Assembly (NCBI GenBank): GCA_038230375.1
Contig: JBBRNJ010000100.1
Span: 1-29,838 of the forward strand
From: Polyangiales bacterium
GTDB taxonomy: Bacteria > Myxococcota_A > Polyangia > Polyangiales > Polyangiaceae
Direction of reading: 5' to 3'
DNA: 29,838 bases
A program made the translations under genes and the position numbers. Positions within the stretch are counted from its first letter, which is position 1. The number at the start of each line of letters is the position of its first letter. Below are positions 16,487 through 25,200 of this stretch, in pieces. The notes under the pieces are model-generated. The model was not told the DNA's origin and searched no databases. It worked only from the letters and a program-made list of their open reading frames with translations.

Positions 16487-16885
16487 TCCTTTGGTTTGGC
16501 CAGTGAACCGCCGAATCACCGGGATTTCTGCGAACCGCGCGGTTGGAACGCCCCGCGCGATCCGTGCGCACAGTCCCGGCCGCACGTGCGACTTGTCTCG
16601 CACGGATCATCGTTCAGAAGGCCACCACCGGTGAGACGACGACCTATCCGCTGGGTACGCTTCCGCCGCTCTCGGACTATGGCACCGTGGTCGTCCTCGG
16701 AGCCGGGCCCGCGCTGCTTCCCATGCCTGAGGTCCGCAAGCTGAAGACGCTCAAGGGAAGGCTCTTCAAGAAGTACACGCCGATCGCGAGCGCTCCCGTG
16801 CAGCTGTGCCCGGAGGCACGTTGGCGCCGTTCAGGACCTTGGCGCGATTCGCTACGAGTGAGCGACCACCGCGCCAAAAAAACGC

Positions 16886-17161
16886 TCAGAACGCGCAGCT
16901 CGAGCTCAGCTTGCTCTTGTCGCAGGTGCTTCCGCACTTGGTGTAGCAGCTGCAATCGTCATCGACGCACTTGTTGCAGGCGGTCTTGTCCATCGCCCCC
17001 GCGGCTGTGTTCACGCACGCGCTGAAGGTGTTGTCGCACGCGGTCGACTCCGAGGCGGAGCACGTCTTGTCGCCCCCACATCCCGTCTGCGTGCCGAGGG
17101 TGCCGACGGCCACGACAACAGCCAGCAGTGTGGGCACGATGAGCGCGCGTGCGCACTTCAC
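16886..17161 (-). CDS. Small Cys-rich lipoprotein
   Basis: GTG start 6 nt after AGGAGG (alternative ATG 17206); lipobox QTGC; ten further Cys in the mature part. Confidence 0.75.
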   Translation of the reverse strand: MKCARALIVPTLLAVVVAVGTLGTQTGCGGDKTCSASESTACDNTFSACVNTAAGAMDKTACNKCVDDDCSCYTKCGSTCDKSKLSSSCAF

Positions 17162-17323
17162 AAGCGGCCTCCTGGAAACGGACGGCGAACGGGGATGGTT
17201 CATCATGGGACCAGTATTGCCGCAGCGGCGGAGAAGCTCAACCATTTAGAGTATCTCGCACGGATTGTGGATCGCTTCGCAGGCCCGACGAATCCCAGCT
17301 CTGGATGTTCAGGCGCATCGGCG

Positions 17324-19486
17324 CTACACGCGCTCGACCGCGACGACTCCCTGCACCTTCGAGAGCGACTTCATGACGTTCTTCAGCTGGTTCAGATCCG
17401 TGCAGACGAACGTGAACACGTTCACGGCTTTTCCGTCGTCGCCCGCGCGGCAGTTCGCCTCGCTGATGTTGATGCCCAGCTCGTTGAAGGTCTGACCCAC
17501 GGTGGCAAGGATGCCCGGGCGGTTGGCCGTCATGATCTTCAGCTGCACGGCGCGGTTGATCTTTGCCTTGGAGTCCCACGCGATCTCCACGCGGCGCTCC
17601 GGATCCGTGTCGAACGCCTTCTGGCAGCCGCGACGATGGATGGTGATGCCGCGGCCGCGCGTGATGAAGCCCAGGATGTCGTCGCCGGGGAGCGGGTTGC
17701 AGCAGCGCGCGTAGCGTACGAGCACGTCGTCGATGCCGTTGAGGCGGATGCCGCCCTCGTCGCGCTTGATGACCTTGCGCACGAGGCCTGCGAACCGCCC
17801 CTCGCGCAGCTGCTCGGGAGGCTGGCTTGCCGCGCCGTTCTCTTGCGGGGGTGCGACCACGTGAACGACGTCGCGCGGATCGATCTTGCCGTAGCCAATG
17901 CCGATGAGGAGCTCTTCCTGCGTGCCGACCTTCAGCGACTCGAAGCACTTGCGCTGCTCGTTGTCGTTCTTCATGAACTTCGAGAACGAGATCTGTGATT
18001 TCTGGAACTCGCGTTCGAGGAGCTCACGACCAAGGCGCAGCGACTTGTCGCGCTGCTCCTGGCGCAGGAAATTGCGGATCTTCGCGCGCGCACGCGTGGT
18101 GCCCACGAACTCTAGCCAGTCCTTGCTCGGGGCCTGGTTCGGGGAGGTGACGATCTCGATCACGTCGCCGTTGCGCAGCTTGTAGCGCAGCGGCTCGAGC
18201 TTGCCGTTCACGCGCGCGCCCGTCACGTGCTCACCGAGCTGCGAGTGGATGCTGAACGCGAAGTCGACCGGCGTGGCGCCGCGCGGGAAGACGCGCACCT
18301 CGCCCGTGGGGGTGAAGACGTAGACCTCGTCCTGGAAGAGGTCGACCTTGACGCCCTCCAGGAACTCGGCCGGATCCTTCAGATCCTTCTGCCACTCCAT
18401 CAGCTGACGTAGCCAGCCGAATTTCTCGGCGTCCTGATCGGCGATGCCGCCGCCCTTGTCCTTGTATTTCCAGTGCGCCGCGATGCCTTGCTCGGCGACG
18501 CGATGCATCTCGCTCGTGCGGATCTGCACCTCCACGCGCTCGCGGCCTGGGCCGATCACGGTGGTGTGGAGCGACTGGTACATGTTCGGCTTTGGCAGCG
18601 CGATGTAGTCCTTGAAGCGACCGGGCACCGGCGTCCACTTGGAGTGGATGACACCGAGCGCGGCGTAGCAGTCGCTCACGCTCTCCACGCAGACGCGGAA
18701 GGCGATGATGTCGTAGATCTGCTCGATCGTGGACTCCTGCTGCTTCATCTTCCGCCAGATGGAGTAGTTGTGCTTCGCGCGCCCCGTGACGTCCGCGGCG
18801 AACCCCTGCTCCGCGAGGCGTGACGACAGCGTCTTGCAGACGTCGGCGATGTAGCGGTCGCGCTCCTTCTTCGTCTTCTGGACCGCGTTCGCGACCTCCG
18901 TATAGCCGTCGGGATCGAGCCAGCGGAACGAGAGATCTTCGAGCTCGCTCTTGAACGCCTGGATGCCGAGCCGATTGGCGAGCGGCGCGTAGATCTCCAT
19001 GGTCTCGCGCGCGATGCGCTCTTGTGCCTCGGGCTTCATGTGCTCGAGCGTGCGCATGTTGTCGACGCGGTCGCACAGCTTCACCAGCAGCACGCGGATG
19101 TCGCGCGCCATGGCCACGACCATCTTGCGGAAGTTCTCCGCCTGACGATCTTCCTTGGACGTGAAGTTGATCTTGGAGAGCTTGGTGACGCCGTCGACCA
19201 GCTCTGCGATCTCGCCGCCGAACTCGCGCTCGATGTCGGCGGTGGTGGCGAGCGTGTCCTCGACCACGTCGTGGAGGAGGCCGGCGCAGATGCTGGCGGT
19301 GTCAAGGCGCAGGTCGGCGATGATGCCCGCCACGGCCGCGGGATGGATGAAGTAGGGATCACCGGATTTGCGCAGCTGCCCATCGTGAGCCTTCGCGCTG
19401 TACTCGTACGCGCGCCCGATGAGCTTTGCGTCCACGTTGGGCTGGTAGAGCCGGACGCGGCCGATGAGATCTTCAACGTTGACCAT
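17324..19486 (-). CDS. rel: Bifunctional (p)ppGpp synthetase/hydrolase (RelA/SpoT homologue)
   Basis: Intact HD motif LLHDVVEDT; synthetase motifs RFKDY, YQSLHT, EVQIRT; TGS (TPVDFAFSIH), zinc finger (CCNP) and ACT domains. Confidence 0.97.
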   Translation of the reverse strand: MVNVEDLIGRVRLYQPNVDAKLIGRAYEYSAKAHDGQLRKSGDPYFIHPAAVAGIIADLRLDTASICAGLLHDVVEDTLATTADIEREFGGEIAELVDGVTKLSKINFTSKEDRQAENFRKMVVAMARDIRVLLVKLCDRVDNMRTLEHMKPEAQERIARETMEIYAPLANRLGIQAFKSELEDLSFRWLDPDGYTEVANAVQKTKKERDRYIADVCKTLSSRLAEQGFAADVTGRAKHNYSIWRKMKQQESTIEQIYDIIAFRVCVESVSDCYAALGVIHSKWTPVPGRFKDYIALPKPNMYQSLHTTVIGPGRERVEVQIRTSEMHRVAEQGIAAHWKYKDKGGGIADQDAEKFGWLRQLMEWQKDLKDPAEFLEGVKVDLFQDEVYVFTPTGEVRVFPRGATPVDFAFSIHSQLGEHVTGARVNGKLEPLRYKLRNGDVIEIVTSPNQAPSKDWLEFVGTTRARAKIRNFLRQEQRDKSLRLGRELLEREFQKSQISFSKFMKNDNEQRKCFESLKVGTQEELLIGIGYGKIDPRDVVHVVAPPQENGAASQPPEQLREGRFAGLVRKVIKRDEGGIRLNGIDDVLVRYARCCNPLPGDDILGFITRGRGITIHRRGCQKAFDTDPERRVEIAWDSKAKINRAVQLKIMTANRPGILATVGQTFNELGINISEANCRAGDDGKAVNVFTFVCTDLNQLKNVMKSLSKVQGVVAVERV

Positions 19487-19599
19487 GAAAAATACGCCTG
19501 GAGCGTTGCTATAACGCTCTGTGTGTTCGTGCGACGCTGCGCGAACACCTAAGCTCCAACATAATAACGCGATCGTGCTACCGCCATTGCACTCATTTC

Positions 19600-20784
19600 A
19601 TGGCCTCTGTTTACGTACATTTTCCCTGGTGCCTCGCGAAGTGCCCCTACTGCGACTTCGTGAGCTACGCGGCGCCACGCGAGACGATTGACCACGCGGG
19701 CTACGCGGATGCGGTGCTGCGCGAGCTCACTGTGCGCTCTGCAGACTCCGAGTTCGGGCGCGCCCGGATCGCCACCATCTTCTTCGGCGGCGGCACGCCC
19801 AGCCTCTGGAGCGCGGCTGAGCTTGGGCGCGTGCTCGCGGGCATTCGCTCCGTGTTCGACGTCGATAGCGACGCGGAGATCACCGTGGAGTGCAACCCCA
19901 CGTCGCTCGACAAGGAGCATGCGCTGCGGCTCCGGGACGTGGGCGTGAACCGTCTGTCCGTGGGGGTGCAGGCCCTGGACAACGATGAGCTCAAGTACCT
20001 CGGTCGCCTCCATGACGAGAAGGGCGCGCTGGACGTCCTCGCGAGCGTCACGGACCTGCCCGGCCTGCGCGTGTCGGGCGATCTGATCTTCGGGTTGCCG
20101 GACCAGACCGCGGAGACTGCGCGGAGCCATGCGCGGCGGCTCGCGGATGTCGGCCTCTCGCACATGAGCTGCTACGAGCTGACCATCGAGCCCGGCACCC
20201 GCTTCGGCGAGCTCGCGAAGCGCGGACGACTTCCACGCGCGGACGACGCGCGCGTCATCGAGAGCTTCCTCGCGATCGACGAGCTGCTCACGTCACGCGG
20301 TCTTCGCCACTACGAGATCTCCAACTACGCGCGGCCGGGGCAAGAGGCACGTCACAACCTGGGCTACTGGCGCGGCGAGCCCTATGTGGGCGTGGGCACA
20401 GCGGCCTACGGCTTCCTGCGCGCGCCCGCGGGCGATGACGCGCAAGGTGCGCACGGCTTCCGTTACCGCAACGAGCCGCTGCCCGCGAAATACATGCAAC
20501 ATGCACCCTTGTCCGCGCGCGGTACGGAGGCAGAGCCACTGGACGCAGAGACCATGCTCCGCGAGCGCATCATGCTCGGACTGCGCATGGCGGACGGCAT
20601 GAACGTGACGGCCGCGGAGAAGGATCTAGGCGTGACCTTCATGACGAAGGAGCGCACGAAGGACCTCGCGTGGCTGCTCGACAAAGAGCGCATCGTCCGG
20701 ACCGAGGAAGGTACTGACGTGCTGCTGCGCATTCCCAAGGCCTCGTGGCTCTACGCGAACGACACGGCAGCGCGACTCTTCTGA
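19600..20784 (+). CDS. hemW: Radical SAM heme chaperone HemW
   Basis: YVHFPWCLAKCPYCDF (CxxxCxxC), FFGGGTPS, YEISNY, HNLGYW. Confidence 0.92.
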   Translation: MASVYVHFPWCLAKCPYCDFVSYAAPRETIDHAGYADAVLRELTVRSADSEFGRARIATIFFGGGTPSLWSAAELGRVLAGIRSVFDVDSDAEITVECNPTSLDKEHALRLRDVGVNRLSVGVQALDNDELKYLGRLHDEKGALDVLASVTDLPGLRVSGDLIFGLPDQTAETARSHARRLADVGLSHMSCYELTIEPGTRFGELAKRGRLPRADDARVIESFLAIDELLTSRGLRHYEISNYARPGQEARHNLGYWRGEPYVGVGTAAYGFLRAPAGDDAQGAHGFRYRNEPLPAKYMQHAPLSARGTEAEPLDAETMLRERIMLGLRMADGMNVTAAEKDLGVTFMTKERTKDLAWLLDKERIVRTEEGTDVLLRIPKASWLYANDTAARLF

Positions 20785-20857
20785 TGGGAGGGTTCGTGCA
20801 CCCCGGAAGAAATAGTGCTGGCGAAACGGGCCCGAGAGAGGGCAACCTGGAAGACCG

Positions 20858-21658
20858 ATGCGTCCGCCTCACGATGTCACCTTGCGCGCGCAGGAGCCCG
20901 CTGGCATCTCGAGGAGCAGCCTCGTCGTCGCCGGCGTGGGGTGCGGGGTGCTCGGCATTGCGATCGGCGTGCTCTCCACGCTGGCGGTCCTCTCGGGGAG
21001 GGCCACGTCCCGCGTTGGTCAGCCAGTGGTTGGAACGTCGCAACCAATCGCTCCACCGACAGGGCAATTCCTGGGTCAGCCGGAGCCTGCGGTCCCGATC
21101 GCGCCCGAGCCAGCTCGTGAGGGTGAGCAGGTGAACCCGGACAGCAAGGTCGACGTGAGCGCGTTCCTCCCCGTGGCACGGAGCCGCGCTCCGCAGGGCA
21201 GCTCGTTCTCGAAGCTGCGGGTCCACCTCGTGGGCGCGAGCGGAGTCGTCGACCTGGGCGCGCCGTCTTATAAGGCCTCGGTCATGGTTCGATTCAGACT
21301 GCCGCCCGTTCCTGCCGTGCAGAAGCCTGGTGCGCCGCCCGGCGTGATGGTCCCGGCGAAGTACTTTCCGGACACTGTGATCAGGCTCGAGGGGTCCGTG
21401 CAGACGACATCCCAGGATCCATTCGGCGGCATGGGGATGGGCGCGAAGGCTGAGCCCCACTGCACGGTGAAGGAGGTGTGGCGCGGCGCGATCGCCGCCG
21501 GCGCACCCGCGGATGCAGTCGCCGACGTGACCTTTCCCTCCGACCTTCGGCCCACAGCATGGAACTTCTACGTCGACGGCGCGAAGTTCAACGTCCTCGT
21601 CGACGACGCGACGTGTGCGGTGCCGAAGCAGCGCGGGGACCTGGAGAGCCCGTTTTGA
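20858..21658 (+). CDS. Hypothetical single-pass membrane protein
   Basis: N-terminal TM, Pro-rich linker, globular C-terminus with CTVKEVWRGAIAAGAP...C. Confidence 0.7.
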   Translation: MRPPHDVTLRAQEPAGISRSSLVVAGVGCGVLGIAIGVLSTLAVLSGRATSRVGQPVVGTSQPIAPPTGQFLGQPEPAVPIAPEPAREGEQVNPDSKVDVSAFLPVARSRAPQGSSFSKLRVHLVGASGVVDLGAPSYKASVMVRFRLPPVPAVQKPGAPPGVMVPAKYFPDTVIRLEGSVQTTSQDPFGGMGMGAKAEPHCTVKEVWRGAIAAGAPADAVADVTFPSDLRPTAWNFYVDGAKFNVLVDDATCAVPKQRGDLESPF

Positions 21659-21711
21659 TGGCTCACATCATCTTGCCGCGAGCCGATGTCGCGAAGAAGC
21701 CCGAGCGCTGA

Positions 21712-22095
21712 TCAATGATAGCAAATGAGGGAGCAGGAAAGGTGGCTGCTTGACGCGGCTGCGTCTCCCGAGCAGTGGCATTCGAGATCGCAGCAGCGAG
21801 GGCCGTAGCATTCGTCACGGCAGGTTGCGACGCCCCCGCAAACGGCGTTGGGCTCGCACGAGCCCGCGGCGGGTGTCCCGCTCGGATCAGCGGCGGTCGT
21901 CCCGCTTGCGCCATTGTCGCCGCTCGACCCTCCTCCCGCGCTGCCACCTGCAGCGCCGGTGGTGGAGCTCCCCGCGTCTTCGTCGCCATCTGGGTGGGCC
22001 GTGGTCGAACCTCTCGTCGGGGAAGGTGCACCGAAGCCACCACAACCGCACACGATCGCGATGAGCGCAGCTGCGCCCGCGAATGATGATTTCAT
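21712..22095 (-). CDS. Lipoprotein with G/S/T linker and C-terminal Cys-rich domain
   Basis: ATG at 22095 after GGAGG; lipobox VCGC; ten Cys in the last ~45 aa. Confidence 0.75.
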   Translation of the reverse strand: MKSSFAGAAALIAIVCGCGGFGAPSPTRGSTTAHPDGDEDAGSSTTGAAGGSAGGGSSGDNGASGTTAADPSGTPAAGSCEPNAVCGGVATCRDECYGPRCCDLECHCSGDAAASSSHLSCSLICYH

Positions 22096-22131
22096 GAAGA
22101 CCTCCAAGGAAGAAAAGAAAGAAGCTGCGTG

Positions 22132-22147
22132 TGCAAACGCGGGGCCA
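22132..22147 (-). promoter_or_regulatory. Sigma54 promoter TGGCCCCGCGTTTGCA
   Basis: GG-N10-GC with TTGCA, 36 nt upstream of the 22095 start. Confidence 0.6.
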
Positions 22148-22257
22148 CGCATCGTCACCCGCGAATCCATGCGATGGAGCACCGCTCCCCGTGACATGCG
22201 TGTCGGTGATGCGAGAACCAGGGACTACGCGCGGCGTTCGGCAGCACCAACCCGAAG

Positions 22258-25200
22258 CTACGGGGCGCGGAAGAATGACAGCAGCACGTTTCCGTAGCGG
22301 TTCACCAGGGACGGGCCCACGCCGCTGATCGTGGAGAGCTCGTCGACGCTGGATGGCTTTGCGGCGACCATTGCCACGAGGACGCGGTCCGAGAAAATGC
22401 GGAACGCGGGCACGCCGAGCCGCCTTGCCTCCGCGGCGCGGAACGTACGAAGCGCGACACCGACGGGCCCCGCGTCAGCCACGGAGACGCGACCTGCGGT
22501 GGCGCCGTTCGCACGCGGCGCTCTCGTCTTTCTCGCGCGACGCTCGCGCTTCGGACGATCGGCGCGCGCACGGCTGCGAGCCGCGGGCGCAGGTGCCACG
22601 TCGAGCATGATCTGCGAGACGTCGTCAGCGCGCTCGGTCTCGGCTCCCGCCAAGGTGACCCGCTGGAACGTGATCGTCTTGCCGTCCTTCTCCATGAAGT
22701 CATCACGCACGCGGACCGAACCGGCGCGCGCGAGACCGCCCACCAGCCGAACGATCTCGCCGCGCGGAAGGTCCTCGGACACGTCGCGATGGAGCTGGCC
22801 CATGGTGAGATCGCGCGGCGCGACAGCTCGAAGCGCACGGAGCACCTGCTTGAGCCGCAGCTGCTCGTCCGCGGTGGCCACGGAGAGCTCCTCGGCCAGG
22901 CGCGATGCAGGCGCGCACACGTCGCACGATCCGCAGGGATTTCCCGCGTCGTTGCGATCGCCGAAGTGGCGAACCAGGCTCTGCATGCGGCAGCCTGCGC
23001 TCGTGGCGTAGGCCTGCATCTTGGTGAGCTGCTCGCGCTTGTGCGCCACGTGCCGTGCGTAGCGGGCACGGAACGCAAGCCCTTCCGGCCCGGGCGCGCG
23101 TGCCACCAGATCTGCCTTGAGGACCGCGCCGCCGTGCACCCACAGCTTCTCGAAGGCCTTCTCGTACGCCTCCATCGAGAGGCGCGAGCGACGCTGCACC
23201 TCCGCGAACGGCTGGAACTCGTCGGTGAGAGCGGACCAGATGCGGACCAGGTCCTCTTCGTCGGGGTGATCGCGCTCGAAGAAGAACTCGTGCGTCTTCG
23301 TGTCCTGGAATCCATGGAGCATGATCGCGCGCGAGGGCAGCCCGTCGCGGCCCGCGCGTCCGATCTCCTGGTAATACCCCTCGATCGTCGCAGGGAGCGC
23401 CGCGTGGATCACGGTACGCACGTCTGCCTTGTCGATCCCCATGCCGAACGCGGTGGTGGCCACGATGACGTCCGCCTTGCCCGACAGGAACGCCGACTGC
23501 GCCTTGTCGCGCACCGACGCGGACAGGCCCGCATGATAGGTCGCCACGCGCCCCCTCTTGCCCAGCGCCTTGGCGAGCGACTCCGCTTCCTTTCGCGTGG
23601 GCGCATACACGATCGCCGGGCGCTGCTCCCGATCCCCGAGCAGGCGCAGGATCACGTCCGCGCGCGCCTTCTTCGAGCGCTCCAGCACCTCGACCGCGAG
23701 GTTCTCTCGCCGGAAGCCGCGGATGAAGCGCGCACAGTCCGTGAGTCCGAGCTCCTTCGCGATGTCGTCCTGTACATCCGGCGTCGCGGTCGCGGTGAGC
23801 GCGACGATCGGCGCGGGACGAAGCAGCGGTAGGCGCTCACCCAGCATGCGGTAGTCAGGCCTGAAGTCGTGCCCCCACTGCGAGATGCAGTGCGCCTCGT
23901 CGATGGCCACGAGCGTGGGCTTCCGCCGCGCGAGCATCTCCGGAAACCCGGGGACGCGCAGCCGCTCCGGCGCGATGAAGAGGAAGTCCAGGTTGCCCGC
24001 AAGGTAGTCCACGCACGCCGCGCGCGACTCGGCGCGATCACGACCCGAGTGGATGCGAGCCGCGCGCAGCCCGAGCGCGACCAGCTTCGCGACCTGGTCT
24101 TCCATGAGCGCGATCAGCGGGCTGACGACCAGGGTGGTTCCACCGCGAGCCATGCCGGGCAGCTGATAGCAGAGCGATTTACCCGCGCCGGTGGGCATGA
24201 CGAGGAGGACGTCACGGCCAGAAGCAACGGCGGAGCAGACGGCTTCCTGCGCGGGACGGAAGGAGGAGAGATTGAAGGGGGAGCGGAGGAGGGAGTGGAG
24301 ATCGGAGGAAGAGGGAGAGGGGGAAGGTGAAGGCGAGGGTGAAGGCGAGGTAGAGGTTGACGGCGAGGGCGAGGGCGAGGGCGAAGGTGAAGGCGAGGTA
24401 AAGGTTGAAGGCGCGGGCGAGGGCGAGGGCGACAACGACGACTTCGACATGGACGACGACTTCGACATCGACGACGACTTCGACAGCGACGACGACTTCG
24501 ACATCGACGACGACTTCGACATCGACGACGACTTCGACGGCGACGTCGACGTCGACATCGGCTCGGACCTTGACCCTTCCCTTGACCCTTCCCTTGACCC
24601 TTCCCTTGACCCTTCCCCCGCGGTTGGCGGGGGGGCTTCGTTCTTTGCTCCTGCGACTACTTCCGTGACGTACTGCTCGATCTCTCGCATGAAGCCCTCG
24701 AAGTCTCTCTCGCCTCGCTCTATGCCGGCGAGCTTGGATTCCCACTCTCCTGTCATCGCAGGGCTCTTCACGTGGGGGTGGACGCGGGCGATCAGCGCGG
24801 TGCCCTTGTCCGTGGCTCGCAGTGTTCGCCCTTCGCGGGTGAGGTAGGCGCGCGTGAGGAGTGTCTCCAGGATCGCGGCCCGCGTGGCTGCGGTGCCGAG
24901 GCCTTTCTCGCGCATGGCCTCTGACATCTCGCGCTCGTCCAGCGTTCGCCCTGCGGTCTCCATCGCGGTGAGTAGCGTCGCGTCCGAGAGGTGCGGCGGC
25001 GGCTCCGTCTGCTTCGGCACGACCTTGGTGGCCGTCACGCGACGCTCCTCACCCTTCACGAGCCCGCCGGGAAGCAGCGCGGTGACGTCCTGTGTCCGGC
25101 GCGGACGCTCTGCGACCTTCCAGCCTACTTGCTCCACCGACGTGCCCGACGACAGGTACCGATCCACGTGGCCCGGTGAAGTGATCACCGTGGTCACGTG

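Noticed and set aside
24191..24847. Acidic (EG)n/(DDDFDI)n plus-strand ORF
   Set aside because: Antisense shadow of the repeat linker inside topB-recQ.
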